Assembly (NCBI GenBank): GCA_964035545.1
Contig: OZ037772.1
Span: 2,666,001-2,730,000, forward strand
DNA length: 64,000 nucleotides
DNA from: Bugula neritina
Taxonomy: Eukaryota > Animalia > Bryozoa
Reading direction: 5' to 3'
The notes below the pieces were generated by a model. It made no database searches. It saw only the letters and a list, made by a program, of their open reading frames with translations, and was not told the DNA's origin. The position numbers and the translations under genes were made by a program. This document shows, one piece after another, positions 38,001 through 51,880 of this stretch; position 1 is the stretch's first letter, and every line of letters starts with the position of its first letter.

Positions 38001-39602
38001 CAACTTTCAGAATAAAGAATAAATATAATTATAAAGATAAATGGATAAAAATTCCAATCATGGTTTAATGTGCCTATTTTAAGCTGTTAATTTAATTACT
38101 ATAATATAAGTGCTCAAAATACAACTTTTGATTTTCATAATTATGTTTTAATTTAATACAGATACCATAGTATCATATACAGTAGAATCAGTTGTATCTT
38201 ATTTAATAATGAAGTAACTTATTGGAGCTTTCACAGTTATTAATTATTTACTTGTTAGTCTTTGAACTGGGACAATGTTTGAAACTTGAAGTAGAATGAA
38301 GTTTGATTTCAGTTACGGCAATGGTATCTGCAGTCACAATAGGAATACGCATATAACTATGTTTATATTTGTGAAAAATATATAGTCAAAACTAGATAAG
38401 GTAATAGTAATTATAATTGGTTTCACTTTTAATATATTCCTATAAACTGGAAAATAGACAGAAGCATTTAATCATGAAAGTAAACCTAGTGGAAGTAAAT
38501 CAATTCACTAAGTATAGTAAAATATTTACTATTCAGTAAGTTTATTTACTTTAGTTAATTGTACTTGATTATTTCTGTCGGTTTTTCAGTTGATTTTTCT
38601 ACCTTTTGCTATAGCATATCAAACTACCACAAAGTCATGCTTCCGTATTACAATTATAAACATAGTGTTACTGTGTAATGTTATAGTAATGTAATAGTAA
38701 TATTTGGATCATTGTAAGTATTTCTGTTGTTGTACTGATTGATAAATATTTTTTAGCTTGCATGGATATTTGCAACGATCAAGATGTCATTTGAACCTGG
38801 ACTGGAATAAAGATGGCAAATCGAGAAGCTAGCTACAATTATTCTGCAGAAAGAAACTTGGTAAGCAAAAATAAGCTGCAGCATTAAGCAGTAAGCAATA
38901 TGACGATGAACTTTGCTTGATTTTGATTGACCTTAAAATATCTGGTCACCTTTCACCAACGTGGTCCTGCGCGGGTGGCGGGTGACCTTAAAATATCTGT
39001 TGCGCGTAAAATAAATTTTGTGACAGTCAAAAGTATGCTGATCTTTTTCGTATTTCAGTGCATCGGTGTCTTAGCTTAAGAGCTGAACCCAACAATTATG
39101 ATCTAAAGCTGTTTTTTACTAGAAAGTGATTTTACTGTCTTTCTGATTATTCTTGGTTTTTCAGCTTGATGAATTGAATAAATGGATTTGATTTCGGGTA
39201 TTATGTAATGGATGAAAGAAATTTTTCTTAAATTTGTACTGAGCAATTTTTGCTATTGCTATGATGTTTAGTGATAAAATTGCACCCTTAATAACCCTGA
39301 AAACTTTCATTACTAGCATTTGTTTATGCTCATTTTTAGGAAATTAAAATGAAGACACAACTCACCGATGCTATCTCACTGTGCCTGCATGCAGTTTATC
39401 TAAAAAGGTACTCCTATTAGCTGGCTCTTGCCCAATACCTGGTTGTCTCTGTAACTATTTTTTGCTCGCAGATGAGTTTTTTGAACTTGACATTTTATTG
39501 ATTTTGAAAGTTATAGTGAGCTTTGAACTTGCTAGCATCGTTTTTAAAGACTTGCTGCAGTTTTTATCAACATTTTTTAAGTCAATGGTGTTAGTTTGGA
39601 AG

Positions 39603-39918
39603 CTCTCTCACTCCTCTCTCTGTCTCTTTCTCCCACACCTTCCACTCAACCTCTCTCTCTTTCTCCCCCTCTCTCCCACCCTCCCTCTCTCCCACCCTCC
39701 CTCTCTCCCACCCTCCCTCTCTCGCACCCTCTGTCTCTCCCACCTTCTCTCTCTCCCACTCTCCGTCTCTCCCACCTTCTCTCTCCTAACCTTTCTCTCT
39801 TCCCTTTTCCACTATCTCTCTGACTCTCTCCCTTTCTCTCTTCTACCCCATCTCTCTTCCATCCTCTCTCCTAACCTTTCTCTCCCACCCCCCCTCTCCC
39901 ACTCTCTTTCTCTCTCTA
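39603..39918. repeat. CT-rich polypyrimidine low-complexity tract
   Basis: Loose (CTCTCTCCCACCCTCC)n. Confidence 0.9.
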
Positions 39919-42900
39919 GTTTGCATGGCTTTACCCAATTTTGGTTTATTTTTTTATTTTGTTTCAGAGTATCCAAAAGGAAAGCTAAAATTTATTTAAT
40001 ATATATTATACCAACTTGAGCTTTACATATAATATCAAATAAATGCTGTGTTTTGTTAAAACAATGTTTGCAACTTTGTAGTATATTCAAATTCATAATT
40101 TATTTGTAGAGTCACACAACAAGACACTACTCTGACACACTCACAAGTTGCCACTGATCCAGCAGTATAGATGATTGTTTTCTCCACTGGCTATGCTGTC
40201 ACGCTTTACTGTTGTGGTGTTTGAAACAAACCAATTGTTTGCCTACGCAGATTAGGGTGAGAAAAAAAGTGAGAAATGAAAGCTGTTTTTAATACCAACT
40301 ACACTTAGTTTTTATTGAATGAAAAACAAAGTGAAATCATTAGTTATCCGTTAAATGACTAAATCATTGTTTATAAAGATGAAACACAAATAATCTTATA
40401 ATATGCTAATGAAATTTGGCTTTCAAATAGCTTTTTTCTGTATATTTGTTGAGGAAGTTTATCTTCAACAAAACTTCGTAGCTGTTGAATATGTGGAGAG
40501 TATTTTATATTGCATAAATTTATAGAGTAAAAGGTTCTCATCAAACTTTTACAACTTAGCTCATCGACGGTTTAAAAGTGTGAGTCACCCTTCACACTAG
40601 AGTTTTATAAAGTTTTAATGAATGTGCAGTATTTTATAAAATATTGTGTGTCTCGTAAATTTAGCTATTTCTACCTTTTCAGTAAGATTGGAGTAAACAC
40701 ACCTCAAAATTCACATCTGGTATCACATTGATTTATCGCAAGTCAAAGTACACCTACTAACTCTTCCTTCCTTAATACCTGCTTGCTTTTGCACTTCTAC
40801 TCATTTCATATACCTAACATTTCTCTTGCAGATGAATTACATCTTTTAAGTTGTAAAAGCCTTAAATAGCATGAAATTAATGAGGTTTAAACCGTGGCCA
40901 CACTAACTATTGATGCGTTTATTGATGGGTCAAATTACACGAAAATATTGTCTCTTTCTTTTTAGTTTCACCTAAAGTATTACATACTATCGATGGAGGC
41001 TTTGCTGAAGTTTTTGGGTGATGATTTGTCAATAATTTTCCAGAGAAGATGATGCCTCGGTGGCTGGCATCATTATGCAGTTTCCAAATTTCTTTCGGCT
41101 TTGCTCTAGTGAAAATGTTGGAAAACAATCAACAAAAAGGTTTGTACCATAAACGAAGTTATTGTGTGCGTGTTGTCAAAGCATAAAGTGTGCTGGAAAT
41201 TTTTAGGTTTCTGTTGAGATGCGTTTTTGCTTTTCCTGCATGAAAAAAGTTCCAGTTTCAGTTAATATCACTAGCAGAGTGCCCACCTATATTTTAAATC
41301 ATATTGATGCATAAGTTCTTTTTGTAATATTAAAAGTATAACTTGCTTAATTGCTATTCAATGCCCTTTGAAGTTTCCAACTGTAATTAATTAGTTGATT
41401 TGGCAGCATAGTATCGATGATTGATGAAGGCAGCCGATATAATTATAAGCATAAATATCTATATCTACATGAAGATGTCATTCCCAATGATTGTTATTCT
41501 GAAATCAGCTGATTAAGTTATCACAAACTAAACATTTTGACCAGCGGCTTGCAATGCAACTCGGTGAAATTTCAGACCTAGATAAATTGAATTTCTTACT
41601 GAAAATCGTGAAGGTATTAAAGTTTAAAGTGAAAGTTTAAACATCGTAGGCATCCAGGTTATTTTGATAAAATCAATTACTGTTAATTGAAAGATCATAC
41701 TTTTTTAGTTACATTCACAAAATATATAAAAAAAATCTCAACTCAATATACCAGAAAAAATGAATTAAAATATATGTGCTAATAGCACTGATATTGACGT
41801 GACCGTGGCGCATGAAAAATCTGAAAGAAGAGTTGTCTTCTTTTTTTCTATATTATTATATAGAGCTTGTCGTGAAAATAAAGATTTAAAAAAAAAATAT
41901 TGTGACCCTCTGGTAACTTCCAGAATTTAGAAAATTGGCTCATATATTTCCTTTCATGTGGACAACAGCTCACTTTTTTTTAAATTTATTTTGAAGCTCT
42001 TTTCGTAAAAAATATTTAAAAGTAAAAAATCCAAAATTTTTACAAATTGGTTCGGGGCTTGATGTGAAAGGCATTTAGACGAAGATGTCAAGGTCACCAT
42101 TAATAAATTAATTTTATCACAATACTGCACGGAAAGTTAATGAAGTGAGCTGAAAATTAGGTTGCTAGCATATTGATATACATTATATTGATTGTTGCAG
42201 TATTATTTTTTAAACTTGTTTTATCAGTTATGTTTAACTTCTTCATAAAGCTGCTGTTAGACTAAGAGTAAGACATAATATTAGCAACAATGATAATAAT
42301 AATAATATTAAATTCACGAAGAAGTATCACTATGACTATGAGTATGACTATCACTATGAGTGTCGTAATCGTATAAATTAATTATGAGTATGAGTATCAC
42401 TATGACATTAACTCAAACAGTGATTGACTAATACTGTGAATATGACTATGCATAACTCAATGAGAATATCAATATGAATATGGCTTCTAATTCTTGTAAC
42501 TTTTTACTATGACGATGCTGATAGTGATAATCAGTGCCAGCCCAAGTCTCATACTCATAGTGATACTATTACTATTGTTTATTAGTATTAATAATTAGTA
42601 TTACTATTAGTACAACTACTAGTATTACTCATAGTCATAGTGATAGTTCTGTTAATGTTGCAGATGATAGTTTTAGAAGTTCTACTTCTACTTTTATAGT
42701 ACGCTAGATTCAGATTGTATATGTTGAACTCTACTCATTTTTTACTACTAATGCTAATAGTAATAGTAATAATGATTGTAGTTGTTATAATGATAGTAAT
42801 ACAAATGGTAATAATAACTATTTAAATTTGATAATTTATGTTTTACAACAGCATTATCACTTATCAATTACATTGGTTCATAATATGCTTATTTTAATTT

Positions 42901-45900
42901 TGCTTTGTGTGTTTTGTCATGTTATAAAATTAAGTTCGTATGGTTATTTAATGAACTAGAGAACTAGCCAAATGTTATGTAACAGTTGCAATAATTTACT
43001 ATAAACTCAGTGAAATTTAAAACCTAATTGATATTACTATGACATTGATTGTACAGAGGTAGCTAAAATATACATTAAATTACCAATAATTTTAACTCGC
43101 CAATACACTATGAGTAGAACAATCAAATGCAATGATAGAAAATTAATTAGTCATAGCAGCCCGTTGCTTGAAGAACATCGAGCTACAGGTCTAAAATTAT
43201 GTAGTTTTGTGATCCATTACATAACAAAATAATTTTTTTCAAACTGGTTTAATACTTTTATTATGAACACGCTTATCAAAGTAACATGTTTGTAATGTAT
43301 ATTCTATTAAAAAAGCAATCACATCAGGTTTTCAATTTGTATGTTGTACAATGTTTATTATGGTGACAAGTTACTAAATCATATGGTTCAGCTTTGTAAA
43401 GTAAAGCTGATAAAATAAATACAAGTATGTGATTGTTTTACTGCTATATATTAAATTTAAATGAGTTGAATAATATCCTAGTGCAGTGAATTAGATATTT
43501 TTTAGCTTTGGTACACCTGTTTGTTATAGGCTAACATTCCACCAATAGAAGAATGGTGCAAGTAGAAGAAATTTCAGGCGCAGAAAGCTAAGGAGCAGTC
43601 AGAATGCTGCCAGAGTTGTGAAGAGGCACTTAAAAAAAGCTGAATTTCAATAATGACATGACATTCGTAACATATCACCCTGGTGTATTTGAACTGACAT
43701 GGCCAGCAGAGTTCTCGAAGTCACATTCAACAGCTATTTACATCATCATGGTTAGCTTAAATTTAATTCCTTTATCAGTCTCTAATATATAGTTTGATAT
43801 CTGCTGTAAATTCGCTTAAGGAGCATACACATAACCAAAACTGAGTTACACTATAGTATTTGTTCTTGAATATATTTACCAAGATAAGTAGATAATTTGC
43901 TAATTCATTAACAGTAAAATTATAATGATACAACAATTTTTCTTTTAGATGATTCAATCAATAACACAAGACACTACAACATGGTTTTGCAGTTATAGAG
44001 TATTAATTTTCTGGCTCTTTCCAAATCTTCATAGAAGGCAAAGAAAACCACCGTCAGCTTGCCTTTATAACTGAGTGCAAGCTTCTTCCACCTACAGATG
44101 ATGATAAACAATTTGCTGATGTGGAACTTTCTAATTTTGTTTACAATGAAGATAGATTATAGGACATTATTCTTTATGTAAAGATTGTCAAGTTTTGTTA
44201 TAATTAAGAACAGTTTTAGTTTCAATTAATCAGTTCAACATTATGGACATCATTGCACAAACATTTTAATCTTTACTACCTACAAAGGTATCTGATGGAC
44301 TACTTGAAAATACAAAACTATGCTCCAGATACACAATGAACTGACCAGCAAAGTTAAAATGAGTTGGAGATGTAGAACATAATATCTTGTTCAAGGCTTT
44401 TCCCTGCTGTTGGAACCTTCTACTTTAGAACACTGAATTGAACAAACATATGTAGATATATAAAACTTTGCAAACAATAATAATGTGAAATTAGTTGCTA
44501 AGTATCACATTGCTAATAAATACAGCGTTGTGTAATGTTTTATTTAATTTTTTTTTGAGCCATTTGATCTATAGGCCCGCATAGTATTTACTATATTATA
44601 ACTAATAAATGGCAGACACATTATGTCAGACCAGTCTCCATTTAAATAGAATAGTGTAGGCTATCAAATTTGTAGAAGTAAAAAACCGCATTCTTATTGA
44701 GTAAAATACTTACCTTTTTTTTCATGATGCCTCTACTGCTAAAAGGAGAAGTTTTTATCAATACAGCTCCATCAATCTGTATCCCGATGAAGCTAGTAGT
44801 TTAGGAACATTTGTGGCGGGGAGTGTAGGCTGAGCTGCAGTATAGGAAGAACCCCAACATATGTAATCTATTCAGCACATTATATGTATTGTAGAAATTT
44901 AATCAAAAAAGAATTTAGAAAATGCTTTATGAAGCATGAACAAAGTAAAAATTAATGCTGGTGAAAGTAATATTATTACACCCATTAGAGTTACTAGCAG
45001 CTATAGCATTAAAATTATGTATTTTTATAAAATGTGTCTAATTTATGCTACAAAGTTATTACTGCCAAAGGTTACAAAATTTACCAGTCGCATTCATGCA
45101 GCTGATGGAGAATAACTAACCTTCACATGCAATAAATACAATTAGTAGCTCAATCTAAAACTAATGTTATGAGTATAAGTTATAGTTATTCTAAGGAATA
45201 ATTGCAAAAAAAGTTACTTAGAGGAATTTAACTCTTATTATAATGTAATTATCTTCCAAGATATATTACAACATCACTACTTGGATGCATACAATGTCAT
45301 TTTTATATTGGCATCAACATAATTTTCAATAATTTCCAATCTATTAACTTGAGCATTATGATTGTGATTATTTTATAAATAAGGCGATGATTAGGCACTA
45401 TGGGTATTTTGGTTCAATTTATTTATAGCTGTAACAGGCAGAGTTGTAAATATAATGGATATATCAAAATTCCAATGGGTATAGTACTCTAACACAACAT
45501 TGATACTAATAATTGTAGTCACTTACTCTTAGAGTTAGTGAATGATGATACAGTCATAACAATTTGAATATCAATCAGCATTAGAGATAGACTGACTGCT
45601 TTATAATATTATAGTTATTATGTCAAATTGAATTTATTCACTATAACTAAAAAAATTATGATTATAATTATAAATTAAAATAATTTAAATATTATATAAT
45701 ATATTGATAATTATTGGAATCATAATTATATTTATTGTTATGATCATTATGATTATAATTATTTAATATTATCTTTATGTTTGTATTTAAAGTTGTTCCT
45801 TAAATCTAAAGTTGTTTAAGTTTTATAAATTTATTATAATTATATTACTGTATAAGTATTGCTATTAGTATTAGTATAATTAAATTATTATAATTTATAT

Positions 45901-48900
45901 TTTATTATTTATATTTATTTTACTTTTTATTTTAAGACCAACAGTTCAAATTAATACTTGTGTCGTTTGCTTTATATTATAACTTACAAGTATAACTATT
46001 AACATAATAATATTAGATTTGCTATTAGTATTACTATGAATATAAATATTTATGTTAATATAGCTATCGGTATAACTTATACTTATAGTTATAACTAATA
46101 TTACAAGTATTACTATTAGTATTACTGTATTAGTTTCGAAACTGATCCTGCTCCGTAACATTAACATACTGATACTGTCATATGATTATCATTATGACTA
46201 ATAATGGTATTAATAAATATAACCATTGAATATTATTAATAATAGTTCACCAATACTAATAGGCGATAGTCATAGACTTAGAGTGAGAGTCATAGAGCTA
46301 GACATAGACTAGTGATACTCATACTGATAGTCATACTCATAGTGATACTGTGATTCACTGATTCAATTACAAATTTTAAAACTTGGTTTTACGTAGACAA
46401 CTACTAACCTATAGTTCATCACAAAACGGTTGAAAATCATCATTTACTGCATATTTAAGAGTAATTTTCTGGTAGTGTGGTCGACATGATAATTGAAATT
46501 AAAATAGGAAAAATAATTATTTTGTGATTTACAGCAAGTTACAAACTAGCGAAATGGAATAGTCCATTTGAAAATAGTCAAATTAGTTACCTTTCTTGAT
46601 GTTGCGTAGCTAACGTTAGTTATTAGTAGCCGCCCGAAGAGTAACATTCATGTGATTTGAGCTACGAATAACGAGAATCTGTGACAAACCCGCTTCTTAA
46701 TAACTTTACGCGATATAAACTCACGCTACAATAGGGCTATTTTGCCATCCCTACGTCAGAATAGGACACGGAGGGCAAGCTCGCGGGCAAGTCTGGGCAA
46801 GTCTAAGACACCTAATATGACCACTTTTACTTGCACTTTTGTAGTGTTTTCGTATAAGAAATTGAATAAAATGCTGATAAAACAGTTGAAAAGCATGCAA
46901 ACTTTTGCTCAAATGTAATAAATAACCTGGATGCTTACGGCCTTTAAAGGGTCATCTCTCTGCGAATTTTAATAGCATGGTGCCAATTAGACTTGAAAAA
47001 ATTTCAAGGCACTACAAAGCACTAAGCCCATTCTTACAAGTAGTTTCAAAGTGCACTGGAATTTCAGTTTACTTGTCATTGTATAGAATCCTGATCTACA
47101 CTATATAGCATTCACTATTGCCTGCTTCTTCTAAGCATCTATAATGTATTAACTACAGTTTGCTTTGAGAAGTGAATTTCTACTTGGTATTTTTTCCTTA
47201 TCGTTCTGTTGTTTGCCAGTAGTCTTAATTTAATGGATTTTCCCTTTTCAAAAGTGGTTGTGACAGTCAAAACACATCATGCAGCCTGCAACTACACAAT
47301 CAGTCAGTAATTTCTTCCATTAAAGTAGCTCTTCTGGTTACTCTTGCTCACCTAAAAGCCTGAGCCTCATTCAAATTGCAATTTTTTAGAGTTGTTAGTT
47401 TTTCATGCAGTCTTTCATTTTTTTTTTTTGTTAGGCACAAAATTAGTATTCACTAGACCTAATCTTTCATCTGCATGTATGCCTATTGTTTGTTCATTAA
47501 AGAAAAACCTCTGCTGAATATTGAACTAATAATGAAAATAAATTCCCTAAACTAAAAGTAGCAGTGTGATTTTGGTATTACAATTAGTTGTTAGCATAGA
47601 GTCAAGTTATTGACAGGAATTTTCAAATTGAAATGAATGAATTTCATTGTAAGTCAGCAAGATTTAGTCTAAGTAAACATAGCATTACATCGTGTTTTAT
47701 TTAGCATTTGCAGAAGGCAACATATATTTTAAGGATTATTGTAAACTTAAATGTAATTTTAAGTACTTTCCATGTTTGTTATTGTAGATGGTCTTGTTCT
47801 TTAGGATGGATGTGACAACTCCTTGTGTCAAGCTTAACTGATTGACTACTGAATCCCAATCATATGTTTTGCCAAAAAATGTGAAAATGGAGTGCATGTC
47901 TACTTTATTTGAGAAAATATTAAAAATACTTTTGAAACTTCATCTAGCCAAACAATACAACAGTTTGATTTTATTAAAAAATATCATTTGCACAAAAATG
48001 TATTATGTAATCGAACAATTTCTAGAAAAAAAGTGCTTTCCTCCAGTTTTGCTAATGAACTACATTTTTCATTATATGCTTGTCTTTATAATTTTATTAA
48101 TTGTTTTTTCTGGTGAGTCAATTAAAGTCAATTCAACCTAGAAAAGTCTGAATTTCAGACTTAATTTCAAGCTAGAATATTCACATTTTTAGGTCTGCGT
48201 TTGCAAACATTGTTGTGTGACTTTACTTTTTATATTTTTTGAAATAAATATCTTTTTAGCTTGTGCCTATTCATGATTAGAATAGTATAATAATATTTAA
48301 CTTTTCTTCAATTTCAATAGATGAAAATGTTGATCAGTTGGAGTATTCAGTTTAGCTGAATTTTACTTGCTTCTGCGAAAACAATCTTTTGGAGTTGTCT
48401 GCCCTCTCTTTAGGTAATTTTTTTGACCTATGGTCAACGCAATAATTATAACTTTTTAAAGATGCTCGTGAACCTAACAATATAGCATAACTATCAAACC
48501 ACATTATTCAATATCTGCATAAAATTTAGCCGATAAGCTGCCACCCAATGAGCTTGAAAAGATATTAGAATTCTAGCTCAGTGCTGCCATTAATGTAGAT
48601 ATTTATAATGATATAAAGCCAAAACTCATTTATATAATGATATAAAGCCAAAACTCATTATTGCATGAAATTATCTAACCATTCCTGACAAAGAATCGAG
48701 ATAATAACTCCAAAGTTGGTCAGTTAAAACCACAGCAATAATACTTTAATCATTATAATTGTCAGGTTTAATTTTATACCAAGCCCCAATAAGTACATAT
48801 AACTATGACAACACAGCCTAAGCACCTCCAATGCAAGAAATTTAGTATTGTGGTGCTGCAAATCCTCCAGTTACAAATGAGTAGAGCTTTCATGATTATT

Positions 48901-49173
48901 GGTCTACCATAATGTTTATTTAGTTTTAAGGACTAGCATAAATGCTATTATATGCGGGAGGTATTTGAAAAGCTTCCAACTCCATCTTCAACTACGGGCT
49001 ATTATAATTATGCCGATAAACGAGATACTACACTCAGGCTGCCCTGTTATAGTACTATGATTGGCTACTGCAAAATTTTTGCCGATAGACAACATTTAAT
49101 TATGATGTAATGTATCTCGTATTGGTACATAAGTGTTATGTCTGAGGACGAGATACTGTGAAATTATGCCCTG

Positions 49174-50235
49174 ATTTTACTAATGTTGTTGCCATTGCTT
49201 GTCTCTACATTGCTTAACTCGTATAACAGCAAACATTGAAATAAATTTTCCTTGAGGCACATTTCTTTTCAATTTGGCCACATGGGGCACAATGGGCCAC
49301 GCTGACCGGGCACAATGGGCCACCTGATTATTGCACCCTGATCACTGTTACTAGTTTGTTTGCCCAAAAAGTTGGTTGAAATGTTACTAAAATCTATAGA
49401 TATAGCCATTTCTGACCTTTTTGTAAAATATCAAAAACATCATGGTAAGATCACAAAACTACAATTTGAAGCTCCCCTAATATATACATCTGGTGAGGTT
49501 AAAGCTTTGCCATTTTATACATAATACAAAACACTCTGCTGTTGCTACTATAGTAGATAGTCATGATAATCATTATATATCACATCATTGAGGGAATATA
49601 CATGTATTTGACTGAAATAAATTGTGATTTGCTCATTTGCTCCCCCCTCTCCCTTCTGTACTCCAGTCACAAACCTCAGCCATGCATGCACCTTAGCTAA
49701 AGTACATAAAAAAGTCGACTCGGAATTTTGTAGTACATGTTACTAAAGTTCTTTTTAATAAACGTTCCTCTGAAGTGAAAATAACAGAACATTTTTAGTT
49801 CTAAACAGTAATGATAATGGCACTGCAGACCCGAGTGACGTGCATTTGATTTTGCCTTCCTCTGCTATCCGTAGTGGCACAAACTGTACAGCTAAAACAT
49901 GAATTTTGCTGTAGATATGAAAGAGTATCTTTATTTATTTGTAATATTAAATAAATAAAGATGAGATGTAACAAAATACGCAAAATTTCAATATATTTGT
50001 TATGTCCCACCCAGTGGCCCATTGTACCCCGGTACCGGGGCACAATGGGCCAATTTTTTCGTCATGAAAATTTCACTATTCTGAAAGTTGTGAGAGAGAT
50101 AGAAACAACAAACTGGTACCTGTAATAGACAACAGATGCAACATTAAGACTAGAAATTATTGAACTAGTAACTTGAAAAACAGACGAATGAGAGCAACAA
50201 ATGCAAAATTCGGCCCGTTGTGCCCCCGTTACCCC
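49174..50235 (-). mobile_element. Second half (left end) of the split, inverted GGGGTAAC-TIR transposon
   Basis: Reverse complement of ~7772-8822; ends CCGTTACCCC|TA; complementary to 19033-19286. Confidence 0.92.
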
Positions 50236-51339
50236 TATACTGTATATGTACACAGCGTAAGTATACTGTGTAGATATATAGTGTAAGTATACTGTGTATG
50301 TACACAGTATAAGTATGTAGTGTAGGTATATAGTGTAAGTATACTGTGTATGTACACAGTGTAAGTATACTGTGTAGGTATATAGTGTAAGTATACTGTA
50401 TAGGCACACAGTGTAAGTATGTATAGTGCAAGTATATAGTGTAAGTATATACAGTAAGTATACAGTATAAGTATACAGTGTAATTATCAGAGCAAGTAAT
50501 TAAGTAGAAATATCCGTGTAGCTATCTAAGAGTTATGAATCACCTTAAAATAACTATTTGCAGGTAAAAATGAATTCAAAGTGAAATTCAAAGCCAAGAT
50601 ATCAACTGTAATATACAATATAATATAATATTCAATATAACATAAAATATAATACTTGATATAATGTTAAATTTGAAATGTTATACAGTATGTATTATAT
50701 AACATAATGCTTATTATATTGAAAAACAAGAGAATAGACTCAAGACTCCCTGACACACTTCACTTATGTGGTAATAAAATATTCTCATATACAAACTAGT
50801 TTTCATTTACATACTCACTCCATAATCTCTGAGCACAGGCTTGTCACTCTGCATTCAGATAAGCTTTGATCTGAACAGACAACTCCTAATCTACAGAGAA
50901 AATTTAATATTTGTGACACAGAATAATATAAAATAATCCTGCAGCATCCTGTTTCACAGAAATCTCATGGTTTTGTATTTAGGAATGAGCAAAGTACAAA
51001 TGGAGGAGTCTAAGCTACTCATTTACTTTGATATAACACATTTAATAAAACACAATAATTCTCATCACAGATTGTAGACTAATAATTATGGTTTTCATAC
51101 AAAATTAATTTGTCAGCAACTTCTTCTAGTTTGAAAAAAGCAATAGATTTTACTAAATTTACTACTAAACTGTTAATCTAAATATGAAATGGAAAATTCA
51201 ATATCCCGTAGCAAACAAATCATAAAGAAATACAAATATTTTGTAGGAAAAAATTGCATTTATGCTTTCAAAGTTTTCAGTCAGAAATTCAATTTGACCG
51301 AGCTAAAATTTCACCAAGTTACATTGCATCTTAAAAGAA

Positions 51340-51880
51340 TAGTAAGTGTGATCACAGCTAAACTAATATGTGTTATCACAACTAAACTATTATGAGTCAC
51401 CACAACTAGAATAGTATGAGTCATCACAACTAGAATAGTATGAGTCACCACAACTAGACTAGTATGAGTCATCACAACTAGAATAGTATGAGTCATCACA
51501 ACTAGAATAGTATGAGTCATCACAAGTAGAATAGTATGAGTCACCACAACTAGAATAGTATGAGTCATCACAACTAGAAGAGTATGAGTCATCACAACTA
51601 GACTAGTATGAGTCATCACATCTAGAATAGTATGAGTCACCACAACTAAAAGAGTATGAGTCACCACAACTAGAATAGTATGAGTCATCACAACTAGAAA
51701 AGTATGAGTCATCACAACTAGACTAGTATGAGTCATCACAACTAGACTAGTATGAGTCATCACATCTAGAATAGTATGAGTCACCACAACTAAAAGAGTA
51801 TGAGTCACCACAACTGGAATAGTATGAGTCATCACATCTAGAATAGTATGAGTCATCACAACTAAAATAGTATGAGTCAT
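51340..51880. repeat. 24-bp minisatellite (AGTATGAGTCATCACAACTAGAAT)n, ~22 copies
   Basis: Paralog of 10460-11114. Confidence 0.97.

Larger units (their letters stand above)
19287..49173. mobile_element. Putative ~29.9-kb giant hAT-like cargo-carrying insertion
   Basis: 8-bp direct repeat ATTTTACT at 19279-19286 and 49174-49181; termini CAGTATATATTTTC and reverse complement CAGGGCATAATTTC (10/14 identical); motif AGTATCTCGT-N5-GACATAA near both ends in inverted orientation; interrupts a single transposon copy. No transposase ORF recognised. Confidence 0.72.

Noticed and set aside
39381-40019. 212-aa Leu/Ser/Pro-rich ORF
   Set aside because: Driven by a CT low-complexity tract that cannot contain stops.
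41225-41260. FLHEK..Q as a NACHT/NLR winged-helix motif
   Set aside because: Needs a frameshift, and no Walker A/B motif could be found; too weak to call.
46735-46975. Possible transposon ends (AGGGCTATTTTGCC..., TTAAAGGGTCATCTC...) and TE-like text at ~38770-39370 and ~41800-42200
   Set aside because: Could not find matching opposite termini or TSDs in the window.
48996-49171. Stand-alone GGGC-ended Harbinger MITE
   Set aside because: No 3-bp TSD; better explained as the right end of the 30-kb element, which has an 8-bp TSD and matching motifs at 19287-19383.
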